NCBI RefSeq assembly: GCF_021869535.1
Contig: NW_026262701.1
Coordinates: 18,414,001 to 18,478,000 of the forward strand
Direction of reading: 5' to 3'
Source: Mytilus californianus
Lineage: Eukaryota
Length of the DNA stretch: 64,000 nucleotides
Both the position numbers and the translations under genes were made by a program. Each line of letters opens with the position of its first letter. Position 1 is the stretch's first letter. Below are positions 1 through 12,100 of this stretch, piece by piece. Under the pieces are notes generated by a model. That model was not told where the DNA came from. It saw nothing but the letters and a program-made list of their open reading frames with translations, and ran no database searches.

Positions 1-153
1 TATAATAGTTTTTGAGATAATAGGCAAAACAACTATAATTAGTCAAACATCGTCATTTACTTGCAATAATCCCTTAAATGGTCATCCAATCCTTTTGATC
101 ACATTAGCATATTTGTAGATCTTGTATTGCTGATCATTTTTGCATTCAAACAG

Positions 154-1092
154 TTTTTGTCTCGCATTGACGGCCTCGTCAACAATGTATTAGTTTGTGA
201 TTTGGTCAGTTTATGGGGAACCACTAGTGGTAGATCAATGACATTTGGTATGCAGTTGTATTACCATTGGCACATCTCATTTCCATGGAGATTATTTGCC
301 CCGCCCCCTCAGTCATGGTCTATTCAGTGACTTTGAAACTTTTGCTTACTTAACATGTATTAGTTTAAACATGTGATTAGGTCATTTTATGAGGAAACAC
401 TAGTAGTAGGTCAATATTTGGTATGCAGTTGTATTAGCATTGTCACATCTCATTTCCATGGTCTATTGACTTTCAAACTTTTGCTTTAATAGTTTACGTG
501 TATTAGATTGTGATTAGGTCAGCTTAATGGGGAACACTAGTGGAAGGTCAATGGTATTAGTTATGTAGATGCATTAGCATAAGCACATCTCATTTTCATG
601 GAGATTATATGGCTCTGCCCCCTCAATCATGGTCTATTGACTTTGAATGTTTTGCATAGTTTACATGTTTGAGTTTGTTATTAGATCAGTTTTTGAGGAA
701 CCACTAATGTTAAGTCAATGGGATATTCGGTATGCAGTTGTATAAGTATTTGCAACTCTCTTTTACATTGAGATTATATGACCCCCATCCCCTCACCATG
801 GTTTATTGACTTTGAAACTTTTACATTGTTTACATGTTAAAGTTTGTGTTTTGGTTAGTGTAAAGGCACCACTTATGATAAGTCAATGGTATTTGGTATG
901 CAGTTTAATTTATAAGCATTGGCATTTCTCATTTCCTTGTAGGTTATTTTGTCCTGCACATTAGGTCATGGTTCATCGACTTTGAATGTTTTGCATAGTC
1001 AACATGTTTAAATATTGCCTTTTGGGTTCAATATTTGCATTATTCTACTAAAATTAAAAAAGGCGAGACATATCTCTATGTCAACAGTTTTT
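154..1092 (+). mobile_element. Helentron/HINE-like non-autonomous element, family A (~170-bp core repeats, about 5 units)
   Basis: 5' end TTTTTGTCTCGC. Core motif catggt(c/t)tattgact recurs about every 170 bp. 3' end AGGCGAGACATATCTCTATGTCAACAG followed by a T-run. A reverse-complement copy lies at 42976-45199. Confidence 0.65.
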
Positions 1093-1483
1093 TCTCTATT
1101 TAATAGTTTTAATATGATACGCAAAAACATGAATAATAGCCAAAAATTGTCATTTAAGGGCAACAATTCCTTTAAGGGGCATGAGCTGTCAAATTCTTGT
1201 TTATCTATTTGACTCAAATTCTCTTATTCGATTTATAACATACCTAAAACGAATATCCAAATTAAAAAGTATGAATAACCAATTAGCAATGCATGGACTC
1301 GCGATAATATGTATCAGCATTTCGTGTGTATTTTAGTCTAGACGCCATCTAATTAACCATCGAGATGACCTCCAAAAACTGCGGACGGTCATATTACCCG
1401 ATATAAACATAAATATAAATATATAGCGACCACGTGCAATTTGATTTTTCTATATATCTGTTTGATTTCATATTATAGGTTAA

Positions 1484-2421
1484 AATAAAATGCTCCACAG
1501 GGCGCAGCTTGGTACGACCGCTGTTCGAAGCATACCAAAGAACTCCAAAAATTCAATATTTGATGAAATCGAACAAAGTATAATTTTGGACCCTTTGGAC
1601 CTCAATGTTGACCAATTTGAAAACGGGGGCCAATATCCAAAATTTAAATACGTGGTAAGATTCAGCATATCAAAGAACCCCATATATTATTTATTTTTAA
1701 TTTTAAAGTTTAATTTTGGACCCCCCGAATTGGACCAACTTGAAAACTGGGCCGAAAATCGAAAATCTAAACCCATGTTTAGAATCAACATATCAAAGAA
1801 CCCCAAGAATTCGTTTTTGTTAATATCAAAATAAGTTTAATTTTGGACCCTGTGAACCAATTTTACAACAGGGCCCAAAATCAAAAACCTAAACACATGT
1901 TTAGAATCAACATATCAAAGAACCCCAAGAATTCTATTTTTGTTGCAATCAAACAAAGTTTAATTTTGGACCTTATTGTGGACCAATTTAAAAACGGGGT
2001 CCAAATCCAAATACACGGTTAGATTCAGCATAATAAAGAAACCAAAAAAAATCAAGACTTTGAATTAAACCCCATTGAAATTGGTCAAGAAATAAGCAAT
2101 TTATACAAAGTATTAGAAAAGTAATTTTTTGGCCCCTAGTTCTCCCAAAATCAAATAAAATCTTCCATTTGGTATGGAACCTTGTGGTACTATTTCATAG
2201 AGATTCATAGACTTATACTAAAGTTATTGTTCGGAAACCAAAATCCTTGTTTTTTTGCCCGATCCCAACCTTCCTTTTGAGGTATGGAACCATATGGTAA
2301 AATTTCATAGAGATCAATAAACTTATACACAAGTTATTGTCTGGAAACCAAATGTCTTCGGACAACCACGACATCGCCATATCATTAATACGGCCGCAAA
2401 AATGTTTCGGTCGTTTAAAAA
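1484..2421 (-). mobile_element. HINE-like element, family D, with ~123-bp core repeats
   Basis: Termini match those of 43005-44376 (3' GCGGTCGTACCAAGCTGCGCCCTGTGGAGCATTTTATT; 5' hairpin with ACGACCG subTIR). tcaaagaaccc recurs at 1671, 1794 and 1916. Confidence 0.65.
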
Positions 2422-3548
2422 TATGTTACTCATCGTTTTACCTGCATAAGAATGATTTTTTGTGGATCGAATCAGTCAACAAAATGGTTCACTTGTGTTC
2501 CACTGTCAATGTTGACATTCTCTTCCTTTTAATAGCTGAACACGCCTAATACATGCATACTGTGACCTATCTTTAGCTAATGGGTTAAATTATTGACTTG
2601 CAATACATCAAGCTAAGTTTTTGTGATTATTTGGACAAGTTTGGGCCAAACTGACTACTTATAACGAAATATTATTTCAAAATTCCGCTTATATCAATAC
2701 TTGAAACAAAAAGAATCGTATTTCAAATTTATGTTTAAATTGTAGCCATTCCTTCTTTTAGAAACACCCTTTTAGAAGTCATCTGATATTTTTGGACAGG
2801 AAGTAGGTAGATCTCGACATTCTAAGCATTTTAGCCCGCCCTGCAAGGTTTTCTCTATCTACAAGTATTATAGTTTTCAAGATATGACATTTAATACAGT
2901 TGACCCTTATGTTCTAATTATAGCAATGGTGGCCATGTTTGTTGACGGACAGGAATTAAAACATAGAGGCTCTAAAGAGCTCTAACCTAGGCCTATTTTG
3001 TATCAACAGTAGACTAGAATAAGTTTCATGACAAAAATCGCTTTCTATTTATCTTGTATTGCTAATCATTTTTTCAATTTACAATTTCTTTATTTTTTGC
3101 CCACAACACAAGAGGGTATAAAAAATTCGTCATTTAAGGACACTCCCTCCTATTTAGAATCTACTATCATCTTTGTCATTTAAAGTTTCTATCTATCTTT
3201 TATAGTTTTCAAGATAATAGTCAAAATCGTGAAAAAAATGGTAAAAATCGCCAATAAAGAGCAAGAACTCCAATAGCCGACTACGCAGTGTGGGTTTTGC
3301 TCATAGCTGAAGACCGTGCGGTGACCTATAGCTGTTAACTTTTATGTCATTTGGGCTCTGTTGGAGTGTTGTCTCATTGGAAATGATACCACATTTTATT
3401 TTTATAAGAAACTCAAATAATGAATCGACTAATGATTTTGACCGTGTTGACTTATTGTAGTTCTCGTCTTGCTGATCATTTTTGCTACACAAAGTGTCTA
3501 TCTATCTTTTAGTTTTCAAGATAATTGGCAAAACCGGGAAAAATTTGT

Positions 3549-4538
3549 AACAAGAGTGCACATGCTGAAATGTCTCGCCTGCTTTACTGATCATTGATTT
3601 TATGTTGAGTCATAAATATGAAGCTTTACTACAAGTATCACATAAACTTACTTTTATAACATGATCCAAGAAAAATGAGGCCAAGGTCAGATAAACCAAA
3701 CCGGAAATACATGTACACCTTACAATCATTCCATACACAAAATATAGTTCACCTATTGCTTATAGTTTCTAAGAAACAAACTTAACCAGGAAAATTTAAC
3801 ATTGACCAATGAACCATGCCAGACAGACATGTACACCTTAGAATCAATCTATGCATTAAATATAGTTGACCTATTGCCTATAGTATCCAAGAAACAAACT
3901 TAACCATGAAAATGAGGTCAAGGTCAGATGATACATGCCAGACAGACATATACACCTTCCAATCATTCCATACACCAACTATAGTTGACCCATTGCTTAT
4001 AGTTAAGAAAAAGACCAAAACACAAAAACTTAACACTGAGCAATGAATCTTGAAAATGAGGTCATGGTTATAGAAAACCTGCCAGACTGACATGAACATC
4101 CTAAAATATTTCCATACACCAAATATAGTAGACCTATTGCTTATAGTATCTGATATATGGACGACCACGAAAACTAAACCTTGTTCACTGACCCATGAAA
4201 TGAGGTCGAGGTCAGATGAAAACTGTCTGACAGATACGAGGACCTTGCAAGGTACGCACATACTAAATATAGTTATCCTATTACTCATAATAAGAGAGAA
4301 ATAAGCATTACAAAAAATCTTACTTTTTTTTCAAGTAGTCGCTGAACCTTGAAATTGAGGTCAATGACAATAGACATATGGCAGACGGAAACTTCATAAC
4401 AAAAGGCATCTATATACAAATTATGAAGCATCCAGGTCTTCCATCTTCTAAAATATAAAGCTTTTAAGTAGTTAACGCCGCCGCATCACTATCCCTTTGT
4501 CGAGCTTTCTGCGACAGAAGTCGAAGGCTCGACAAAAA
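3549..4538 (-). mobile_element. HINE-like element, family B (~147-bp core)
   Basis: Plus-strand ends AACAAGAGTGCACATGCTGAAATGTCTCGCCT and TGTCGAGC...GCTCGACAAAAA are shared with 50191-51852. Core is catgaaaatgaggtcaaggtcag. It splits an E-family unit with no TSD. Confidence 0.7.
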
Positions 4539-4773
4539 TCATCATTAAAGGGCAATAACTCTAATAAGGATTCGTCTGACAATTTCGGCCCTGTTGACTT
4601 ATTTGAAGATCTTGTTGATCATTTTTGCTATTTAAAGTTTCTATCTGTTTATGATTTTCAAGATAAAAGGCAAAAATAAAAAATATTGTCATTTTAGGGC
4701 AACAACTATAAGAAGTCAGCCAACAGTTTTGACATAAACGCACAATAGGAAGAGCTAAAAGTCAAAAGTAAAT

Positions 4774-5098
4774 GGGGAATGTATCCATGGGACACAGATG
4801 ATGCCCCTGCTTGCATACAAGTTTAATAACATTTGGTTGAGGCAAACTAAAGTTTGAGAACGGAAACGAAAAATTCAGCAATTTTTCCATTTGTAAAGGG
4901 GCATAACTCTAGAACTGTAAAAGTGACACCACCAAAATTTGTACTTGATCTGTGTTTTGTGGTAACAAGCATTGTGTACAAGTTTCATAACATTTGGTTG
5001 AGGCAAACTAAAGTTAGAGAAGGAAACCAATTATGGGACGTACAGACAGACAAGGGTAAAACTTAATGCCCCCTCAGCTATGGCGTGGGCATAAAAAA
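4774..5098 (-). mobile_element. HINE-like element, family C (161-bp core, about 2 units)
   Basis: 3' hairpin tgtatccatgggacaca at 4780-4796, subTIR atgcccc, 5' hairpin and GTCT/GTAC microsatellite, as in 63537-64000. Confidence 0.65.
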
Positions 5099-6152
5099 TT
5101 GTAAAATTTGTCATTTTAGGGCAATAACTCCTATAAGAAGTTGGCCAACAGTTTTCACATAAACGCACAATAGGTAGAGCTCAACATTTTTGCCAGTCAG
5201 TTTTCTCTATTTATAGTGGTTTTAAAAATGGACAAATCTTGCATTTTACCACTGTTCTATTTTTAGCCATGCCAGCCATCTTGGTCATCAGACATATTTG
5301 TTAAAATAGATACCACAATGATGATTGTGGCCAACAGAAGATGAAGACGGATGCCAAGTGATGAGGGCCAGGTGAGCTAAAAACACAAACTTTATACTAG
5401 ATACCATAAGGATCTTTCATCCCAAGTTTTGAAATTGAAGATCTTTGAAAAAGTTTAAGACAGACGTCAAGCAATAGCAATAGCTCACATTGTGAAAAAA
5501 ATTGTGAAAATTGTGAGTTTGGAGCAACAAATCCTGTAAAGAGTCATTGACAATTTCATTCATATTAACTTATTTGTAGATCTGGTGATCATATTAGCTA
5601 ATCCAAGTTTCTGTATATGCTTTATAGCTTTGAAGATTTTGAAATTAGATTACAAAAAAAAGAGTCAATATATTCAACAATCGTGTAAATTATACAACGT
5701 TCTAATAAGCCAACATTTACAAGATTGTTACACTGTCAGAGCTAAAATATCCCCATGGCAATAGATTTAATGGAATGTAAATCTACCACTTAACATCCGA
5801 CTAAGTATTACCAAAATTACTTAAACTCAAACTAAAAGCTTTAAAAAGATAAAAAACAACCAAACACAACAGGGACATGTCAGAACAACTACACATTAGA
5901 CAAAATATGAAAGGTATCCAACAATTTGACACTGACCTTTAGCCATACAAAAGGTGAAGGGCAAACTTTTGTAAACAAACATTTAGAAGTAATTTCTTTA
6001 CTATGTACAACATGAAATGAAATGAGATGATTTCTCTGACATAAAACATGTAAAAGTAAAAACATGATTTATAAATGGTCCACAAATAGTCTTTAAAATG
6101 ATAGTCCTGATACATTCTCTCTTCTCTCATACATGGATTGTGTTCTTTTCTT

Positions 6153-9100
6153 TTAATATCTGGGACCTCCTACAATCACAAAGATAAACAAAATGAAATC
6201 AACATGTGCTGCTTTAGCATCAGTAGATAAAATTATTTATGGTAAATGTATATATATATCAATGTATATGCCTAATGAATTCAACAATATCCTAGTAGTT
6301 TTCACTTTTAAATTTAAGAAGTCTATCAATTATTTATGGAATACATATATATATCAATGTATATGCTAAATGAATTAAACAATATCCCAGTAGTTTGCAC
6401 TTTTAAATTTAAGAAGTCTATCAACAAACAAATTAACAGCCAATTTATATATACTTCAGAGTTGCCACTACAGAACAGATCATAAAAGTGGTCATTGTTT
6501 TGTCATGTTATTCCAATAGTCTAACAGGTCTAACAGAGAGTACAGCCACTACATGTCACAAGTCATGACAGCATATACACCAATTTGTTTATATAGGTCA
6601 ACATATTTCAATCACACAAGATAACCCCATTAAAATTCAATTCTGAAAAGAGGAAATTTTACTGCATTTACAGGACCAACAAAATAGATCTAGCATTTTC
6701 CCATATTGTAAAATGTCGAAACTAAGCTTTCATACAATTTTTCTTTTAGAAAGTCTTCTGTACTCATATGAATGAGAATTCAGTTTTAATTAAAACATGT
6801 TATATTCAGTTAAATATATATGTTTCCATGGGAGATAATATAAAATCGTCGACCTTTTAAAATATTGATCTGATCTCCCTTTAAAAAACTTAACGACAAC
6901 ATATTTGAGCTTAAATGTATATTTCACCAAGTATTTATTAAATCTTTGGGGCATGCATAGAAAAACACTATTAAAAAATATCTTATAAAGTTATAAAGGG
7001 ACATAATTGAAGAACGGTAAAAGTGACAATACCCAAATTTGTACTTGATCTGAGTTTTGTGTATAAGTTTCATAACATTTGGTTGAGGCAAACTTGAGTT
7101 AGAGAACGGAAACGAAAAATTCAGCAATTTTTCCATTTGTAAAGGGACACAACTGTAGAACAGTAAAAGTGACACCACCAAAATTCAAACTTGATCTGTA
7201 TTTTGTGGTAATTAGCATTGTTTATAAGTTTCATAACATTTGGTTGAGGCAAACTTGAGTTAGAGAACGGAAACGAAAAATTCAGCAATTTTTCCATTTG
7301 TAAAGGGGCATAACTCTAAAACGGTTAAAGTGACGCCACCAAAATTCTAACTTGATCTGTGTTTTGTGAAAATAAGCATTGTGTATAAGTTTCATAAAAT
7401 TTGGTTGAGGCAAACTTAAGTTAGAGAACACAAAGTACGGACGGACAAGGATAAAACTTAATACGCCTCCACTACGGCAGGGACATAAAAACTTAAATTT
7501 GGAGATTTTTTTTATAGGTATTAATAAATTAAGACCTATAACTTTTCGAATGACTCTACAATATAAATGATGTGTTTAGACATTTTCCTAATAGCAATGA
7601 AATGGAATTCAAGTCTTATAGGATTGAAAGTATGCTTTATTTTATCACCTTGCACTTTGATGACTTGACTGTGGTTTTCTAAAACAGTTGGTTTAAATTT
7701 CTGACCAGTTGAACAGCTGGGTTTGATAAAACAATAGAATTTTGGTCAGAAATTGGAATGAACTGCAATAGGTGGAGAGCAACACTAAGTCTCAAGTCAA
7801 AGCAATTTTGATATGGCAAGTATAGAAACAAATAATGGACTTGTCAATATGTATTGTAATGACAATGATTACCTCTGTATCCTCCTCTCATTCCACCTCC
7901 ACCACCACCTCTGTATCCACCCCCAGGGGGTCCTCGAGGAGGTCCTGAAAGACAGCAAGTGAAAAATTATTAAGAATTAATGCTTAACAAAATGTCTACA
8001 AATAACATAGAATATGAAGAAACTCCAAGAAGTCCCTATTTATTCATCTAGTTTTTTATGCACAATTCTGGAAAAATAAATATATGAAATTATCATGCCA
8101 GGGGTATCATACTTCTGAAAGGGAAACATCACCATAGAACCATTTCAGCACTTTGGTCACAAAGGCAGTATAATTAGATAAAATGCAACTGTTTGTGTTT
8201 CAACCCAGCTCATATCATGGCAGACAGATGGATCATAAATTTACCCTTGCCCCAAGTGTGGTAGAAGTTTGTTCTGTCAAGGTTTTTTTGGGTTCCATTT
8301 TATTTTATTTATTTTTTTGTCAGGGGCATGTAAAAGGTTCATCAACTTAAATGGTTACGATAGAAAATATGGATCATTAATGAACCAAACAAGATAATTC
8401 AATAAAGAACATATCAACCATGATTTTTTGGGGCATGAAAGCTTAATTACATGTGCCTAGTATCCATCATTCACTCTATTTATACACCCTTGTAAGCAAT
8501 CATTTACCTCCACGTCCACCTGGCTGCATACTCTGATAGGATGGACCACCAACCCCTCGAGCTGGACCCTGCAATCCTGGTCCACCTCCACCACCTGGAC
8601 CAAGGCCACGTCCAGCTGCTCTTCCCATACCTTGACCAGGGCCGGCTCCAGATAAAGGAACTCTTGCAATACCCTCCTGTAAATAGAATAAAAAATAAAA
8701 CCTTGCAATTTAGACAAGATTTCCAAGTAAGCTGATTGCTTAGAATGTACATAGATGACTATCACTGTAGAAAACATCTATACATACATTTTACATTTAG
8801 AGTAACTATTATATAACTTTTTTCAATTACACTCTCTTGTGACATGTCTTAAAAGAATTTGCACATGTACATAGCATTACCAATTCAAAGCACCTATGGC
8901 TATTTGTATAAATATTTCTCTTTTTTTTATGTTATAGACAAAAAGAGAATGTGTTAATGGTTATCTGATTTATCCTACATTTTTCTTTATTATTGATTCC
9001 TTTAAAAACTTAAAAACATAGCAGTACTGTTGTAATTCCTAACTTGTTTCATCAAAATAAAAGACAGAATTGATCAAAAAACAATAAAACATTGCGAGTT

Positions 9101-12100
9101 TGTCCAGTAAAATTGTAAAGTACCTACATTATACTAATACTAGTACTGGAATCAGACCAAAATGCTTTGTGAGTGAGTTTGTCACATAAAATGCTGACCT
9201 ACATTAATTTACAATACTCTGTACAGTGTATTTACATACATGAATATGTATGCATTTCAATTGATATTTTATAGTGTGTCTTTCTATGTTGTTATGTTAC
9301 ACTACTATTTCAGGTTAGGGTGAAGGTTGGCACCTGTTAAAACGTTTAAACCCACTGCATTTGTTTGCACCTGTCTTAAGTCAGGAACCTGTTCCAGTGG
9401 TTGTCGTTTGTTGATGTGGTTCTTCAGTGTTTTTCGTTTCTCGTTTTTTATATAGATTAGACCATTGGTTTTCCTGTTTGAATTGTTTTACATTTGTCAT
9501 TTTGGGGCCCTTTATAGCTTGCTGTTCGGTGTGAGCCAAGGCTCCATGTTGAAGGCCGTACTTTGACCTATAATTGTTTACTTTTTACACATTGTGACTT
9601 GGATGGAGAGTTGTCTCATTGGCATTCATATCACATCTTCTTATTTCTATATGTTTCTCATTGGATCCTTTCTGAACTATCATTCAATGGAATGCATACT
9701 ATTTCAGATCTGACTGATAAAAACTCATGAATTATGACTGCCTTCACCAATTTTGTAAGCAGCACATGCGCCATTAGATTCAAAATAGATTAAATACGAC
9801 TTTATATTTGAATTTAATGCATCAGGTAAGAGGAATTGAGGGAGGTCACTTTCATTTTCCGAGGAAAATTTAACCATTCTTCATAGAAACTTTTCAATGA
9901 TTTGTTAGACCACTCAGGCAACTACATTTGTACAATTTGAATCGTAATGCACAGAACTTTTATAAAATGTATTCGCCAAGTTGACATCTTGCAGATTTGT
10001 ATACATGTCTTCTAGTTTTTTGTGTCTCATTGGTGTATACCCCAACTTCTCCTTTTACTCATATTTTAAATTTGTGCTACAGTAATATATAAATTTGTAT
10101 TTTACCTCTGCAGGAGGGGGCCCTTCAACGGTCATGGAAACTAGATGTTCTCCACGTAACAATACCAAGCCTAAAACTCTTTTCTCTTCTTTATCGCTTC
10201 CTTTAGAACTCTTTGGCTTGATTTTACGGAACTCATCACAGTCTCCCAAAATTAAGTTCATGTGCTTGTCAAAAGCTTTGAAGGTTCCTATAAATGTACG
10301 GCTATCCTGCAGTGTGCATCGCATCCTGTAGTTGACATGCTGCAACATCTTAGAACTCCTTCCTACAGTCTACAAAGAAAAACAACCATATAATTATGTT
10401 ATGACGAATAATGACAATCATTGAAAACATAATACGAGTATTGTTGCAAGACTATAAAATTTATACCCGTACATGGAATTAATCCACTGAAACACCCCTT
10501 AGCACATGCTACTGAACCATTATCTAACTGTTTCGGTGCTGATCTCTGAGGAGTACTAAATTCTCTGCTGAATGATTCTTGGAAGACAGGAACAAAGGTG
10601 TCTAAAGATCATGATGGTCTCCTTTTCTGACAGGAATTATCAAAATAAATCCATTTTACTTATTAACACCAATTTTGCAACCAAAATTTGTTTAATAGAA
10701 AGTTATTTTCAGATATATAGCTTTATCCTGTTCTAGAGAAATCTATACCAATGCGTTATTTTTGATGTAGTGTTTCCTGCAGATTTTGAAATGGTCAGGG
10801 TGACATTTAACTTGACAACCTTAATAGCTTCAAGGCCTATATATATACCATTACTGTTGCATATCTAACATGTAAATAAATAATACACATTATGACATGA
10901 AGTAAGATTTCTAATTTCGTTTTCTTTTTGTAATGAAGAAATAACTTAATTTCCACATAATACAAATCGATCATTCTGGAAATTCAGGTCAGTCAAATTT
11001 TACAAAGTTCAGTTTGAAAATTATTTTATTCTCTGCCAAAGTGAAGGATCTTAGGAAATCTGGGAAAACACTTTAAAAAAGAAATAGGTCATCAATATCT
11101 CGGATGGAATTGTTACTTATCTAATCATTACTTTTGAGGAAATACTTTGCACCAACAAGCACACAAAAGTTTTTGTATAATTTGTATATATGCAAATATT
11201 TCAAGCCGTCAGTGAAGATTTCATGGCAAATTTGAGAAATTCTCACTCAATCAATGGAGAAAAACGCCATCAGCGTTATGTCGTAGGAAGGCCTCACAGC
11301 AAAAAAAAATAAAGTAGCCATTCAAGACGTCATAATCATTTAAACAGACCTAGCAGGGTTTGAACTTTATTTATTTTTCAAGGAGTCATGTGGATCCCTA
11401 GTAAAATAGATTTTGGGACCCAAAGTAAATCTTAATAGCCCACAAAATTAATGGAAATTATGATTCTCAATAGAAGTGTTAACACCTAAGTTTCCTTTAT
11501 AAAAGTCTATAGAACTGAGGACCGGGGACTTGAAATATTAACTTTCATTATGCATAAAAATGATCTTGTTGATATGGTTTGTTTTCATTTTGCTATGTTG
11601 TGTCACATGCTATGAAATGCAGAGGTCGACTTAACAAAATTTAAAAGTATGGCCAATAGGGCCAGTTAGAGCGTCAATTTACTGGCCCAACTCAAATAAA
11701 ATTTGCCCTAATAATACTATCTAAGTGAAAATATAGTCAAATGTAATGGCCAATGGGGCCAGTAGTCTTTATGTTCCACTGGCTCTATCGAAATTCTACT
11801 GGCCTTGGGCCAGCGGGCCAGTGCTTAAGTCGACCCCTGAAATGTAGTGTATAGTAATGACAATGAAGATTTGATTTGAATTGAATTAAAAGATATTTAA
11901 ATTTTACAAATTTAAGCAACTAAAATCAATAAATTGAAACAATGCATTTGCATTGAAATATAATACATTTAATTAAGGGGATCCAACCAGATGTCTCTTT
12001 AAGGGTGTGGAATGTGTATTTTTCACTTTTTTTATCATTATTCTTGTCAGCTGTGTCATTCATAATAATATAAAGGATTTCATTCATAGTTGGTACGTAC

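Larger units (their letters stand above)
2500..5640 (-). repeat. Fragmented HINE-like family E repeats hosting nested insertions
   Basis: Recurrent gctgatcatttttgc and aagggcaataactc units. Terminal motifs agaggctctaaagagc (~2965) and gacggatgccaagtgatg...gtgagctaaaa (~5345-5383) match the copy at 45344-46663. Confidence 0.5.

Noticed and set aside
127-5066. Many 60-136 aa ORFs in the first 5 kb, and similar ones at 43-52 kb and 63.5 kb
   Set aside because: They lie within tandem-repeat TEs and show no domains or splice logic.
6250-6424. ~95-bp tandem duplication in the last SNRPB intron
   Set aside because: Real, but diverged, and it does not include the acceptor, so no functional consequence is evident.
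8457-8777. Overlapping ORFs 8457-8777 and 8541-8735
   Set aside because: Alternative-frame or antisense shadows of the GC-rich SNRPB exon 3.
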